DNA of 64,000 nucleotides from an uncultured Spirochaetales bacterium (GTDB lineage Bacteria; Myxococcota_A; UBA9160; JAFDET01), in contig CAYTZH010000009.1 of the NCBI GenBank assembly GCA_964442285.1, positions 64,985 to 128,984 on the forward strand, read 5' to 3'. This document shows, piece by piece, positions 45,512-55,633 of the stretch (positions within the stretch are counted from its first letter, which is position 1; the number at the start of each line of letters is the position of its first letter). The notes beneath the pieces were generated by a model. The model was not told the DNA's origin, made no database searches, and worked only from the letters and a program-made list of their open reading frames with translations. The translations under genes and the position numbers were made by a program.

Positions 45512-45811
45512 GTGTCCGGCTCCGGGACGACGCCCGCCTTCCGGCCCCGATTCACCCTCGGGATCGCCTGGTTCTTCGCCTTCCTGCTGCTCTATCTGTT
45601 CCTGATGGCGCTGCCCGCCCTGATGGCCGGCGCGCGGGAGCTGCCGCCGGGCGAGACGCTCACCGAGGAGCAGCGGGAGGAGGCAGGCGAGCGCACCCGC
45701 GAGGCCCTGCGCGGACGCGTGCCCTACGCGGTCCTGGCGTCGTTGGTGACGGTGGGTCTGGGTGCCTGGACGGGCCGGCTTCCCGGCTACGGCGATCGCG
45801 GGCGTCGCTAG
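45512..45811 (+). CDS. Small membrane protein, hypothetical
   Basis: GTG start. Two hydrophobic helices ('[22 protein letters not shown]' and '[13 protein letters not shown]'). No family recognised, so this could be a spurious ORF. Confidence 0.35.
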   Translation: MSGSGTTPAFRPRFTLGIAWFFAFLLLYLFLMALPALMAGARELPPGETLTEEQREEAGERTREALRGRVPYAVLASLVTVGLGAWTGRLPGYGDRGRR

Positions 45812-46047
45812 GCGGCCACTCTTCCGGCGACGTAGGACTGCACGTCGCCGATGGTGCGGATGTTCTCCACGTCCTCGTCGGGGACCTCGATGTCGAAGGC
45901 CTCCTCGAGCGCCATCACCAGCTCCACCACGTCGAGGGAGTCGGCGCCGAGATCGTCGAGGATGCTCGCCTCGGGCGTGATCTGGGTGACGTCCACACCG
46001 AGCTGGCTGGCGACGATCTCCGCGATCTGGCTCTGCAGCTGACTCAT
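45808..46047 (-). CDS. Acyl carrier protein (stand-alone)
   Basis: ATG 46047 follows the SD 'gggggga'. 79 aa with the phosphopantetheine site '[19 protein letters not shown]'. Confidence 0.85.
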   Translation of the reverse strand: MSQLQSQIAEIVASQLGVDVTQITPEASILDDLGADSLDVVELVMALEEAFDIEVPDEDVENIRTIGDVQSYVAGRVAA

Positions 46048-46100
46048 CGTTCCCCCCTGGCACCGTACCGATCCACTGCAACTGCGCTCACGTGGACCCG

Positions 46101-46115
46101 TGGATGAAGAATCCA
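46101..46115. promoter_or_regulatory. 15-bp palindrome TGGAT-GAAGA-ATCCA in the AT-rich spacer upstream of the ACP gene (candidate TetR operator)
   Basis: Perfect 5-bp arms. It sits in the only markedly AT-rich stretch of this region, 54 nt upstream of the ACP start and directly downstream of a tetR gene. Confidence 0.3.
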
Positions 46116-46117
46116 TG

Positions 46118-46137
46118 AAAAAAATGACTAACAGTCA
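46118..46137 (-). terminator. Weak hairpin TGACT-GTT-AGTCA followed by T7 (minus strand): candidate terminator of the cysK / gamma-CA / tetR unit, or alternatively an operator
   Basis: Perfect 13-bp palindrome at 46125-46137, then seven T on the minus strand (46124-46118). A second hairpin CCGGAA-gct-TTCCGG lies at 46147-46161. Confidence 0.3.
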
Positions 46138-46176
46138 GAATTGACGCCGGAAGCTTTCCGGATCCCGCCGCCGGTG

Positions 46177-46848
46177 TCAATGGCCGCTCCCGGGACGGAC
46201 GGCGAGACCCCGCAGCAGCGTCTCGACCGCATCGTCGAAGATCCGCTCGAGTCGGACCCGCCGCAGGCGCCGCCGGGCGGGCACATGCTCGGTGGCGATC
46301 AGGCCGTTGGCCACGGTCCAGAGGATGTTCGCGGTCTCCCAGGCATCGCACTCCCGGAAGTGGCCCGCCTCCACGCCCGCCTCGATGGCGTCGGCGAGGA
46401 TGTTCAGGCACTCCTCCCAGAGGCGGGTCACCTGCTCCTCGGCGCTCGGCGGCAGATCGCCGATCAGGGCCTGGTTCTCCACGGCCCAGAAGATCTGGAA
46501 GTACTCGGGGTTCGACGTCCAGTGCTGGAAGTAGAAGCGCTTGATCCGGCGGATCTGCTCGGACGGGTCGGCGGCGTCGGACCGCGCGCGACGCATCTTC
46601 TCCGCGAACAGCTCGCCGTTGTGGGCCAGCACGGCGACGTAGAGATCGGCCTTGCTCTCGAAGTAGCGGTAGAGCGTGCCCTTGGCGACGCCCGCCTGCT
46701 GCGCGACCTCGTCCAGGTTGGCGTCGACGAACCCGTCCCGGAAGAAGACCTCGCGGGCCGTCTCGAGGATGCGTCGCCGGTGGAGCGCCTTCTTCTGCTC
46801 CCGCCGGGAGCGGCCGAGGCCCTCGGCGTCGTCGCGCTCCGTGCTCAC
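46177..46848 (-). CDS. TetR/AcrR-family transcriptional regulator
   Basis: GTG 46848 (GTGA overlap). HTH 'ILETAREVFFRDGFVDANLDEVAQQAGVAKGTLYRYFESKADLY'. Confidence 0.85.
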   Translation of the reverse strand: MSTERDDAEGLGRSRREQKKALHRRRILETAREVFFRDGFVDANLDEVAQQAGVAKGTLYRYFESKADLYVAVLAHNGELFAEKMRRARSDAADPSEQIRRIKRFYFQHWTSNPEYFQIFWAVENQALIGDLPPSAEEQVTRLWEECLNILADAIEAGVEAGHFRECDAWETANILWTVANGLIATEHVPARRRLRRVRLERIFDDAVETLLRGLAVRPGSGH

Positions 46849-47417
46849 CGCCGTGCGCCCTGCCCGATGCCGGCCCCGGCGTAGCGGCGGGCTTCGTCCA
46901 CGTAGCTCCTCGTGCGCTGGCGCTGCAGAGCCAGCTCTTCTGCACCGAGGGTCCGTGCCGGCCGGGCCGGCGTCCCCCGGACGAGCGTGCGCGGGGGCAC
47001 CCGGGTGCCGGGCGCGACCACCGCCCCCGCCGCCACCCAGGCCTCCTCCCCCACCTCGACGCCATCGAGCAGGATGGCGCCGATTCCCACCAGGGCACCG
47101 TCCTCGACCCGACAGCCGTGGACGGTCGCCCGGTGCCCCACGGTCACCTCGGCGCCGATCTCGCAGGGGAAGCGATCCCGGGTCACGTGGACCACGCACT
47201 GATCCTGCAGATTGGTGCCGGCGCCGATGCGGATGCGGTGCACGTCACCGCGCACCACGGAGCCGAACCAGACGCTCGCGTCGGGGCCCACCTCGACGTC
47301 GCCGATCACGACGGCGCCCGGCGCCACCCAGGCCGCCGGGTGGATGCGGGGCAGGCACTCGCGATAGGGCAGGACGAGCGCGCGGCCCCGGTCGTTCCCG
47401 CTATCCGACGGCGTCAC
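46845..47417 (-). CDS. Gamma-carbonic-anhydrase-like hexapeptide-repeat protein (YrdA/PaaY family)
   Basis: Contains '[36 protein letters not shown]...IGAGTNLQD' and 'GHRATVHGC'. Confidence 0.85.
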   Translation of the reverse strand: MTPSDSGNDRGRALVLPYRECLPRIHPAAWVAPGAVVIGDVEVGPDASVWFGSVVRGDVHRIRIGAGTNLQDQCVVHVTRDRFPCEIGAEVTVGHRATVHGCRVEDGALVGIGAILLDGVEVGEEAWVAAGAVVAPGTRVPPRTLVRGTPARPARTLGAEELALQRQRTRSYVDEARRYAGAGIGQGARR

Positions 47418-48357
47418 TGCCCTCGTAGCGGTACGGCGCGAAGAGGTCCGTGTTGAGGTAGCGCTCGCCGAAGCTGGGGATGATCACCACCACCAGCTTG
47501 CCCTCGTTCTCGGGGCGGCGCGCGTACTCGAGGGCGGCGTGGACGTTCGCGCCGGACGAGATCCCGCAGAGCAGGCCCTCCTCCTTGGCGAGCCGCCGCG
47601 CCATGTCGAAGGCCTGCTCGTTGCTCACCGTGAGGACCTGGTCGACCCGCTCGGTGTCGAGCACGTTCGGAACGAAGCCCGCGCCGATCCCCTGGATCTT
47701 GTGGGGCCCCGGCGCTCCCCCGGACAGCACCGGCGCCGCCTCCGGCTCCACCGCCACGACCTGGAAGCCCGGCTTCCGCTCCTTGATCACCTGGGCCACG
47801 CCGGTGATCGTGCCCCCGGTGCCCACGCCCGCGACGATGGCGTCGACCTTGCCGTCCGTGTCGGCCCAGATCTCCTCGGCCGTGGTCCTGCGGTGGACCT
47901 CGGGATTGGCCGGATTGTCGAACTGCTGGAGCATGAAGGCGTTGGGGATGTCGTTCAGGAGCTCGTCGGCCTTGGTGAGGGCGCCGCGCATGCCCTTCGG
48001 CCCCTCGGTCAGGACGAGCTTCGCGCCGAGCGCCCGCAGGACCACGCGGCGCTCCACGCTCATGGTCTCGGGCATGATCAGCACGCACTCGTAGCCCTTC
48101 ACGGCTGCGACGAAGGCCAGCGCGATGCCGGTGTTGCCGCTCGTGGGCTCCACCAGCACGGTCTTGCCCGGCTGGATCTTGCCCTCGCGCTCGGCGGCCT
48201 CGATCATCGCGAGGCCGATCCGGTCCTTCACGCTGTTGAGGGGATTCTGGCTCTCGAGCTTGGCCACCACCTCGGCGCCGACCCCGCGCGAGACGCGGTT
48301 CAGCCGCACGAGGGGCGTGCGCCCGATCAGCTCGGTGATGCTCTGGGCAATGTTCAC
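47401..48357 (-). CDS. cysK: Cysteine synthase A (O-acetylserine sulfhydrylase)
   Basis: GTG 48357 follows the SD 'gaggagga'. Contains '[10 protein letters not shown]', the PLP lysine motif 'NPLNSVKDR', and '[10 protein letters not shown]'. Confidence 0.92.
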   Translation of the reverse strand: MNIAQSITELIGRTPLVRLNRVSRGVGAEVVAKLESQNPLNSVKDRIGLAMIEAAEREGKIQPGKTVLVEPTSGNTGIALAFVAAVKGYECVLIMPETMSVERRVVLRALGAKLVLTEGPKGMRGALTKADELLNDIPNAFMLQQFDNPANPEVHRRTTAEEIWADTDGKVDAIVAGVGTGGTITGVAQVIKERKPGFQVVAVEPEAAPVLSGGAPGPHKIQGIGAGFVPNVLDTERVDQVLTVSNEQAFDMARRLAKEEGLLCGISSGANVHAALEYARRPENEGKLVVVIIPSFGERYLNTDLFAPYRYEGSDAVG

Positions 48358-48419
48358 GAGGGTCCTCCTCGGGCGCTGCAGGCGCGGAATTCCGAGTCTA
48401 CACCGCGCGCCCTGCGCGG

Positions 48420-49415
48420 TCATCCGAGGAGCAGGCCGGCCGCCTCGAGCCAGGCTCCGGCGCAGACCGTGGCGAAGCTGCCGGCGGGGAGCTCGAAGCG
48501 GAGCCGCACGGCGGCGTCGACCCGCTCGACGCGGCAGCCCCGGGGCAGGACGCGCAGCGGGCGGCGGGCGCCGCGCAGTCGCAGTCCGCGCGGCGGGCTC
48601 AGGGCGTCGGGATCGACGCCGAGCGAGGCGAGCGCGCGGCGCTCGCGCGCGCCCGGGGCGCCGTCCGCGGCCAGCATGCGCGTGCCGAACATCGGACCGG
48701 TGGGCGAGATCTCGCCCGCGTCGGCGCGCGGCTGCTCGCGACCGGGGTCGTCGACCCGGAAGCAGGCGCCGCTCTCGTGCAGCCAGGCCACGTCGCCCGC
48801 CTCGAGTCGGGAGAGCGGTCGCGGCCGGGTCGCGAGCACCGCGTTGAACCCCGCCGCCTGCAGCGCCGAGAGCAGGAAGCGCGCCCGGCGCCGGTCGCGC
48901 CCCGGGGCCGCCCCCCTCAGCAGCGCCAGGCCTCGCTCGGCGTTGTCCCCGTCGCGACCGAAGCGCTGGGCCCCGAAGGCGTTGGGGACGCCCTCGCGGA
49001 GGACGTCCCCGGCCGCGTCGCCCAGGCGGGCCGGGGCGTCGTCGGCGAGGCCGTGCAGGGTGAGCGCAAAGCGGTTCCCCCGGAGCTGGCCCGTGCGGAG
49101 CTTGTGGGGGTGAGGCACGGCGGCCAGCACCCGCGCCCCGGGAAGCGCCAGGGAGAGGGCGCGCTCCGGTGCCAGCCCCGGCACCGAGAGCCACTGGCGC
49201 GCGAGGGCGTAGCGGTCCTTGCGTCCCGCGTAGCCGATCTCGCGCGGGGCCACGCCCGCCGCGGCCGCCAGGTCGCGGGCGACCTCCTCGGTGGTCCGCA
49301 GCCGCTTCTCGACCTCCACGAAGGTGTGTTCGCCCGCACCCGAAGGCGCGTAGAGCGGGATCTCCTCCACGCAGAAGTCCTCGGGCTCGCGCAGGAGCGG
49401 GGTGAGGTCGATCAG
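48420..49415 (-). CDS. truD: tRNA pseudouridine(13) synthase TruD; probable CTG start
   Basis: Contains '[10 protein letters not shown]' and '[11 protein letters not shown]'. The conserved N-terminal 'PEDFCVEE' lies upstream of the first canonical start (GTG 49370). In-frame CTG 49415 overlaps the plsC TGA. Confidence 0.85.
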   Translation of the reverse strand: MIDLTPLLREPEDFCVEEIPLYAPSGAGEHTFVEVEKRLRTTEEVARDLAAAAGVAPREIGYAGRKDRYALARQWLSVPGLAPERALSLALPGARVLAAVPHPHKLRTGQLRGNRFALTLHGLADDAPARLGDAAGDVLREGVPNAFGAQRFGRDGDNAERGLALLRGAAPGRDRRRARFLLSALQAAGFNAVLATRPRPLSRLEAGDVAWLHESGACFRVDDPGREQPRADAGEISPTGPMFGTRMLAADGAPGARERRALASLGVDPDALSPPRGLRLRGARRPLRVLPRGCRVERVDAAVRLRFELPAGSFATVCAGAWLEAAGLLLG

Positions 49416-50155
49416 CGGCTCGCGAGCTCCCGGGCGCGCTCGATCTGCTCGGAGACCGCCCCGCGCAGACGCTCGGTGAGGGGGCCCCGGGCGTCGAGGT
49501 CGAGCCCGTCCACCCGGATGGGCTCGCCGATCGAGACGCCGATGGTGCCGGGCCCCTTCACCTCGTAGCCGGGCGGAAGGATCTCGTGAGCCCCGTGGAC
49601 CCCGATGGGCACCAGCGGCAGCCCGGAGCGCAGGGCGAAGACGGCCGCGCCGCGCTTGAAGGCGCCGAGGGGACCGGGCCCGCTGCGGGTCCCCTCGGCG
49701 AAGAACAGCACCGAGAGCTGCCGCAGGAGATCGCGCTGGGCCTCGTCGAGACGGGAGAGGTCCTTCTGGGTGTCGCTGCGGGTGACGAAGACGTTGCCCG
49801 TGGCGCGCAGGGCCTGCCCGAACATCGGGATCCGCCCCAGCTGCTCCTTCGCCACGAAGCGGGTGGGATGGCGCTCCAGGGAGGAGAGGATCGCGAGCGC
49901 GTCCAGGTGGCTCATGTGGTTCGCCACGAAGACGAAGCGCTGCCCCTCGTCCAGGTGGGCGTCGCCGTTGGTGTTCACCCGCGCGCCGAAGCCCAGCAGG
50001 GCCACCTGGGAGAACCCCCGGTAGATCCAGTTGACCCAGGGATGCGCGGGTCCGAGCACGGCGCCGGCGGCGATGGCGGGCGGCCCGAGCACCAGGGTCT
50101 CCGCGGAGACGGTCCAGGCGGCGACGGCGCTGCGCACCAGCCGCTCCGGGTTCAA
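49412..50155 (-). CDS. plsC: 1-acyl-sn-glycerol-3-phosphate acyltransferase
   Basis: TTG 50155 (TTGA overlap with the rnhB stop). HX4D box 'ANHMSHLD', plus 'FAEGTRS' and 'PLVPIG'. Confidence 0.85.
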   Translation of the reverse strand: MNPERLVRSAVAAWTVSAETLVLGPPAIAAGAVLGPAHPWVNWIYRGFSQVALLGFGARVNTNGDAHLDEGQRFVFVANHMSHLDALAILSSLERHPTRFVAKEQLGRIPMFGQALRATGNVFVTRSDTQKDLSRLDEAQRDLLRQLSVLFFAEGTRSGPGPLGAFKRGAAVFALRSGLPLVPIGVHGAHEILPPGYEVKGPGTIGVSIGEPIRVDGLDLDARGPLTERLRGAVSEQIERARELASR

Positions 50156-50967
50156 AACAGCACTCCCTGGGCCACGGGCGCGAACGAGCGGCGATGGATG
50201 GGGCTGGGGCCGAGACGCTCGAGGGCCGCCAGGTGCTCCCGCGTGGGATAGCCCTTGTGGCGCGCGAAGCCGTAGCCCGGGTGCTCGGCGTCCAGGCGGC
50301 CCATCAGGGCGTCGCGGTGCACCTTGGCCACCACCGACGCCGCGGCGATGGCGGCCTCCGCCGCGTCGCCCCCGACGATGGGCGTCTGGGGCGCGCGGAT
50401 CCCGGGAATCGTGCGGGCGTCCACGAGCACATGATCGGGCCGCTGCCCGAGGGCGGCCACCGCCCGCCGCATGGCCTCGAGCCCCGCGCGGTAGATGTTG
50501 AGGCGGTCGATCTCGCCCGGCGCCACCTCGGCCACGGCGAGGTCCCACGCCTGCGCGCGGATCGCCGCCGCCAGGGACTCGCGCGCGTCGCGGTCGAGGC
50601 GCTTGGAGTCGTCCAGGCCCGGAAGCCGGGGCCGCGACGGCAGGACCACCGCCGCCGCGACCACGGGCCCCGCCAGCGGCCCCATGCCCACCTCGTCGAC
50701 GCCGGCCACGCGCCGGGCCCCCGCCGCCTGGAGGCGCCGCATCCGGGCGTAGAGGCGATCGAGCCGACGCCGCTCTTCGGCGGCCCGCTGCGCCCGCCGG
50801 CGGCACCCGAGCGCCAGGGCGCGGGCGCCGGCCCGGGCGTCGCCGTCGAGGGCCTCCGCGAGCCGCTCGAGGCTGCGCGCGTCGCGGGTGCGGCGGATGC
50901 GCTCCCGGAGCTCGGCCAGCGGTCGCTCCCGGAGCTCGGCCAGCGATCGCGCCCGGAGGTCCCTCAC
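50152..50967 (-). CDS. rnhB: Ribonuclease HII with N-terminal extension
   Basis: Contains '[17 protein letters not shown]', 'DDSKRL' and '[11 protein letters not shown]'. GTGA overlap with the lpxD stop. Confidence 0.9.
   Translation of the reverse strand: MRDLRARSLAELRERPLAELRERIRRTRDARSLERLAEALDGDARAGARALALGCRRRAQRAAEERRRLDRLYARMRRLQAAGARRVAGVDEVGMGPLAGPVVAAAVVLPSRPRLPGLDDSKRLDRDARESLAAAIRAQAWDLAVAEVAPGEIDRLNIYRAGLEAMRRAVAALGQRPDHVLVDARTIPGIRAPQTPIVGGDAAEAAIAAASVVAKVHRDALMGRLDAEHPGYGFARHKGYPTREHLAALERLGPSPIHRRSFAPVAQGVLF
50901..50948 (-). repeat. 2 x 24-nt in-frame tandem duplication in the rnhB N-terminal extension (LAELRER x2)
   Basis: 'gctcccggagctcggccagcggtc' is followed by a copy with one substitution, then a partial third copy. 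Confidence 0.9.
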
Positions 50968-51983
50968 GCGTCCGGGGCCTCGTCGACGCGGCGCTCCAGG
51001 CGGCGCAGGCGGCGCAGCAGCTCGGGCAGCCGGGGCAGGACGGCCACCATGCGACGCCAGACGTGCTCGTCGAGGGCGGGCGTACCCCAGACGCGAGCGC
51101 CCGCCGGCACGTCGCGGGCCACTCCCGCAGAGGCCCCGGTGAAGGCGCCGTCGCCGATCGTCCGGTGGTCGGCGACGCCGGTCTTCGCCATCAGGATCGC
51201 CCGCCGGCCCACCTTCGCGCTGCCGGCCAGCCCCGACTGGGCCACGATCAGCGCGTCCTCTCCGACGTCGCAGTTGTGCGCGATCATCACCAGGTTGTCG
51301 ATCTTCACGCCCCGGGCGATGCGCGTCTCGCCGAAGGTCGCCCGGTCGACGGTGCTGTTGGCGCCGATCTCCACATCGTCCTCGAGGACGACCCGACCGC
51401 GGTGGGGGATGCGCACCCAGGCGCCGCGCTCGTCGGGCTGGTAGCCGAAGCCGTCGCCCCCGATCACGACGCCGGGCTGGAGCAGCACCCGGTCGCCCAC
51501 GCGCGTGCCCTCCCGCAGCACGCAGCCGGCGTGGATCTCGCAGTCGGCCCCCACCTCGACGTCGGCGTAGAGGAACGCCCCGGCGTGGACGACGCTCCGG
51601 GGACCGATCCGACTCCGTGCCCCCACGACGGCCCCGGCGCCGACGCTGGCCGCGGGATCCACCGCGGCGTCGGGCGCGACGCGGGCGCCGGGGTCGACGC
51701 CGGCCGCCGGCCGCTCCACCGGGTGGAGCAGCGCCACCGCCCGGGCGAAGTCGAGACGGGGATGGGGAGAGCGGATCGCGGGGCGTCCGCCGGCGTCGAG
51801 ACCGGAGGGCAGGATGACCGCACCCGCCCGGCTCGCGGCGAGCTGGGCCGTGTAGCGCGCCGAGGCGACGTAGGTGACCTCTTCGGGTCCCGCCTCCTCC
51901 ACCGGCGCGGCGCCCCGCACGGGGGTCTGCCCCGCCCCCTCGACGGGTCGGCCGAGGGACTCGGCGAGATCCGCCAGACGCAA
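50964..51983 (-). CDS. lpxD: UDP-3-O-acylglucosamine N-acyltransferase
   Basis: 339 aa with left-handed beta-helix hexapeptide repeats. Contains '[22 protein letters not shown]'. Confidence 0.88.
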   Translation of the reverse strand: MRLADLAESLGRPVEGAGQTPVRGAAPVEEAGPEEVTYVASARYTAQLAASRAGAVILPSGLDAGGRPAIRSPHPRLDFARAVALLHPVERPAAGVDPGARVAPDAAVDPAASVGAGAVVGARSRIGPRSVVHAGAFLYADVEVGADCEIHAGCVLREGTRVGDRVLLQPGVVIGGDGFGYQPDERGAWVRIPHRGRVVLEDDVEIGANSTVDRATFGETRIARGVKIDNLVMIAHNCDVGEDALIVAQSGLAGSAKVGRRAILMAKTGVADHRTIGDGAFTGASAGVARDVPAGARVWGTPALDEHVWRRMVAVLPRLPELLRRLRRLERRVDEAPDA

Positions 51984-51993
51984 GGCGTCCTCC

Positions 51994-52812
51994 CTAGCGG
52001 GCGAGCAGCACCGCGATCGGGGAGGTCCGCACGACGGCCGCCGCGTTGCTTCCGAGGAAGTACTCGGTAATCCGGTTCCGCCCGAAGGCGCCCATCACCA
52101 GCATCCCGGCGCCGGCCTCCCGGGCCGCATCCACGCTCTTCACGTCGGGCCGGCCCAGGGTCGAGGAGGACTCGCGCACCGGGATGGGGGACGACCCGAG
52201 GAGCCGCCGCACCTCGTCGAAGCGCGCCGCCGCCCGGCCCTTGTCCTTCGAATCCACGAAGACCGTGATCGACTCCCCGAGCCGGGTGGCCAGGGTCACG
52301 GCCAGGCGCGCCGCCAGCCGCGAGCCGGGGGAGCCGTCGAAGGCCAGCAGCAGCGGGCCCGTGGACTCGGCGCCCTGGGGCACCACCAGGGACGCCACGT
52401 TGGTCTTGCGCAGCACGCCGTCGGCGGTGGAGCCGATGAGCCCCGTCCGGTACGGGGCGTGCTCGCCGTCGCGGCCGATCACGACCAGGTCCATGCCCTG
52501 GGCCCGCTCGACGATGCGGTCGTCGGCGATGCCCTGGACCGTCTCGCAGGAGACCTCGATCCCGCCGGCCCGGCCCCGCTCCGTCACCCGCCGCGCCACG
52601 GCGTCGGCGCGCGCCTTCAGCCACGCCTCCATGCCCTCGGGCGGCGGCGGCGCGCCGAGCCCCTCGATGGCGGGCGGACGCGCCAGGCGATCCTCCACCA
52701 CCGTGATCGCGGAGAGCCGCGAGCGCAGCCTCCCGGCCATGGTGATCGCATACTGCTCGGCGGAGCTCGCCGCCTGGGAGCCGTCACTCGCGATCAAGAT
52801 CGATTCGATCAT
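51994..52812 (-). CDS. Tandem universal stress protein (UspA family)
   Basis: Two Usp domains. Contains 'ILIASDGS' and '[35 protein letters not shown]'. Confidence 0.85.
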   Translation of the reverse strand: MIESILIASDGSQAASSAEQYAITMAGRLRSRLSAITVVEDRLARPPAIEGLGAPPPPEGMEAWLKARADAVARRVTERGRAGGIEVSCETVQGIADDRIVERAQGMDLVVIGRDGEHAPYRTGLIGSTADGVLRKTNVASLVVPQGAESTGPLLLAFDGSPGSRLAARLAVTLATRLGESITVFVDSKDKGRAAARFDEVRRLLGSSPIPVRESSSTLGRPDVKSVDAAREAGAGMLVMGAFGRNRITEYFLGSNAAAVVRTSPIAVLLAR

Positions 52813-52863
52813 TCCCGGTCCTGCCTTCCTCTTGGTCCCCGTCGCGGTCCCGGCGTCGCTCCC

Positions 52864-54396
52864 TCAGGAGAGCAGCCGCCCCACGAAAGATCCCCATACC
52901 CAGCGAATCAAGCGCTGCGTCCGCTTCAGCTTGGTCGCCGTGTACGGATACCAGGCCGACTCGGACTTCGAACCGAACCGGTCGACGACGATCGACTTCG
53001 CGTGGCAGAAGCTTCGCAGCCCCATCTCGCCGTTCACGCGGCCGACGCCGCTGTCCTTCACCCCGCCGAAGGGTGCTTCGGTCACAGCGTAGGAGACCAT
53101 GCAATCGTTGACGACCACGCCGCCGGCGGCGACCGCCCTCGCCAGGCGCACCCCCTTGCGGCGATCCCGGGTCCACACGTTCGCGTTGAGGGCGAAGGCG
53201 CAGTCGTTGGCCAGGGCGACCGCCTCGTCCTCGTCCCGCACCCGCAGGATGGGCAGCACGGGACCGAAGGTCTCCTCGCGCAGGATCGCCATCTCGGGGG
53301 TGACGTCCGCGAGCACCGTCGGCTCCCAGAAGAGGCCCTTCTCGTGGGGGTTGCGGCGACCGCCGGCCAACACCCGCGCGCCGCGCTCCACGGCCTCGCG
53401 CACCTGGCGCTCGATGATCTCCAGCTGGGGCGCGTGGGTCACGGCGCCGACGTCGAACTCGCCCTCGGCCCCCTGCCGCAGCCCGGCCACCCGGGCCAGC
53501 ACCCGATCCAGGAAGGCGTCGTAGACCTCGCCCACCACGAAGACGCGCTCGGTGGAGATGCAGACCTGCCCTGCGTTGGCGAAGGCGCCCCACACCGCCC
53601 CGGCGGCGGCCCGATCCAGATCGGCGTCGGCGCAGACGATCATGGGGTCCTTGCCGCCGAGCTCGAGGGTGCAGGGCATCAGGCGGCGTCCGCAGCGCTC
53701 GCCGATCTCGCGTCCCACGGCCACGCTGCCGGTGAAGCAGATCTTGTCCACCTCGGCGTCGACCAGGGCCCGGCCGGTCTCGGCGTCGCCCGGAAGGACC
53801 TGCAGCACCCCCTCCGGCAGGCCGGCCCGTCGGAACAGCTCCTCCACGAGCGCCCCGGAGCGCGGCGTCACCTCCGAGGGCTTGAGCAGCACCGCGTTGC
53901 CGGCGATCAGGGCCTGCACCGTGGGGTTCAGGGAGAGGATGAACGGGAAGTTCCAGGGAGTGATCACGCCCACCACGCCGAGGGGCTGCCAGGCCAGGCG
54001 AAGGCTCTTGGTCCGCAGCAGGTGCATCGGCAGCGTCCGCTCGGCCAGGATCCGTCGCGCCCGCTTGGCGTAGTACTCGAGCACGTCGCAGGCGGTGGCG
54101 ATCTCGGCCGCCACGGCCTCCAGGGCCGCCTTTCCGGTCTCCTCGACGATCGTCGCCGCGAACTCGTCCTGGGCCTCGACGAGCACGCGGACGGCGCGAC
54201 GCAGGAAACGCGCCCGCCCCTCGACCCGCAGCTCCGCCCAGCCGTGCTGGGCCTTGCGGGCCCGCTCCACGGCCGCCGCCACGTCGTGGGCGTTCATCAC
54301 CTCGATCTCGCCGAGGGGGCGGCGATCTGCGGGACTGGAGAGCGCCAGCCGGCGGCGCCGGCCGGGGGGGCCCTCGACGGGCTCGACGATGGCCAT
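52864..54396 (-). CDS. NAD(P)-dependent aldehyde dehydrogenase
   Basis: ATG 54396 follows the SD 'gggag'. Contains 'LELGGKDP' and the catalytic Cys in 'NAGQVCISTERV'. Confidence 0.9.
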   Translation of the reverse strand: MAIVEPVEGPPGRRRRLALSSPADRRPLGEIEVMNAHDVAAAVERARKAQHGWAELRVEGRARFLRRAVRVLVEAQDEFAATIVEETGKAALEAVAAEIATACDVLEYYAKRARRILAERTLPMHLLRTKSLRLAWQPLGVVGVITPWNFPFILSLNPTVQALIAGNAVLLKPSEVTPRSGALVEELFRRAGLPEGVLQVLPGDAETGRALVDAEVDKICFTGSVAVGREIGERCGRRLMPCTLELGGKDPMIVCADADLDRAAAGAVWGAFANAGQVCISTERVFVVGEVYDAFLDRVLARVAGLRQGAEGEFDVGAVTHAPQLEIIERQVREAVERGARVLAGGRRNPHEKGLFWEPTVLADVTPEMAILREETFGPVLPILRVRDEDEAVALANDCAFALNANVWTRDRRKGVRLARAVAAGGVVVNDCMVSYAVTEAPFGGVKDSGVGRVNGEMGLRSFCHAKSIVVDRFGSKSESAWYPYTATKLKRTQRLIRWVWGSFVGRLLS

Positions 54397-54554
54397 CGAG
54401 AAGACTCCCTCTCGACAACGGGACGGGTGAAGGCGGCCCTCGGAGAGTACGGGATTCCCGCGGGGGATGTCAAACCCGGCCCGCCGGCCTGCCTCCACGC
54501 CGCTCGCCCCGGTGCGCTGCGCGGCGGCTTCGCCGCCTTGCGTATCCTGCCCCC

Positions 54555-55628
54555 ATGGAGCCGGCCCTGTTTCGCGCCTTCCCCGGTCTGCGCCTCCGGC
54601 TCCCCCACGTGGCGTTCGTGCGCGAGCCGACCCCCGTGGAGCCGCTGGCCCTCCCGCTCGAGCGGAGCGGCCCCCTGTTCGTCAAACGCGACGAGCAGAG
54701 CTGTCCGCTCTACGGCGGGAACAAGCCGCGCAAGCTCGAGTTCGTGCTGGGACACGCCCGGCAGCGGGGCACGCGGCGCCTGGTCACCACCGGCGGAATC
54801 GGCACGAACCACGGTTTGGCGACGACGATCCTCGGGCGGTCGCTCGGCATGCGCACCAGCCTGGTGCTCGTCGACCAGCCCGTCACCGACGAGGTCCGCA
54901 GCAAGCTGCTGCTGGACGCCGCCTGGGGCGCCGAGCTCGTCTACGGCGGCAACCTGGCCGGCGCGGTGCTCGGCGTGGCCCGCGTCCTGGTGCGGAGCAG
55001 CCTGGGAGGCGAGCGGCCGTACCTGGTGCCCACGGGGGGCTCCTCGCCCCGCGGCAACCTGGGCTTCGTCTCCGCCGGTCTCGAGCTGGCCTCCCAGATC
55101 GAGCACGGCCTCTGCCCCGTGCCCGCCCGGATCTACCTCCCGGTGGGGACGGGCGGCAGCGTGGTGGGGCTGGTGCTGGGGCTGCGCCTCGCCGGCCTGG
55201 CCTCGCGCGTGTGCGGCGTCCTGGTGACGGACATCCTGCCGCCCTCGTCGCGGAGCCTGCTCCGCGAAGCCCGCCGCGCCCTGGCCCTGCTGCGCCGGGC
55301 CGATCCCGGCGTGCCCGAGGTGAGCCTGGGCCTGGACGACTTCCCGCTCCTGCGGGGACAGCTCGGGACGGGCTACGGCGCGACCACCCCCGCGGCGACC
55401 GAGGCCGTGGCCCTGGCCCGCGCCCGGGGCCTCCAGCTCGACGGGACCTACACGGGAAAATGTCTGGCGGCCCTCCGCGCCGACGCCGAACGAGGCCTGC
55501 TCGGCGGCGACCACCCCGTCCTGTTCTGGAACACCTACGCGCCGGCCGAGCGCGCGGCCGCGCCGCCCGAGCCGCCTTCCCCCGAACGGATTCCCTTGCG
55601 CCTTCGTCGGCACGTCGGGTTAACGTAG
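54555..55628 (+). CDS. PLP-dependent ACC-deaminase / D-cysteine-desulfhydrase family protein
   Basis: 'YGGNKPRKLEFVLG' (PLP lysine motif) and 'TGGIGTNHGLAT'. Confidence 0.85.
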   Translation: MEPALFRAFPGLRLRLPHVAFVREPTPVEPLALPLERSGPLFVKRDEQSCPLYGGNKPRKLEFVLGHARQRGTRRLVTTGGIGTNHGLATTILGRSLGMRTSLVLVDQPVTDEVRSKLLLDAAWGAELVYGGNLAGAVLGVARVLVRSSLGGERPYLVPTGGSSPRGNLGFVSAGLELASQIEHGLCPVPARIYLPVGTGGSVVGLVLGLRLAGLASRVCGVLVTDILPPSSRSLLREARRALALLRRADPGVPEVSLGLDDFPLLRGQLGTGYGATTPAATEAVALARARGLQLDGTYTGKCLAALRADAERGLLGGDHPVLFWNTYAPAERAAAPPEPPSPERIPLRLRRHVGLT

Positions 55629-55633
55629 GTGCG

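Noticed and set aside
54397-54498. Longer aldehyde dehydrogenase start at 54498 ('MEAGRRAGFDIPRG...')
   Set aside because: ATG 54396 is preceded by an SD-like 'gggag' and gives a normal-length N-terminus. The extension has no ALDH-like sequence. This is moderately uncertain.
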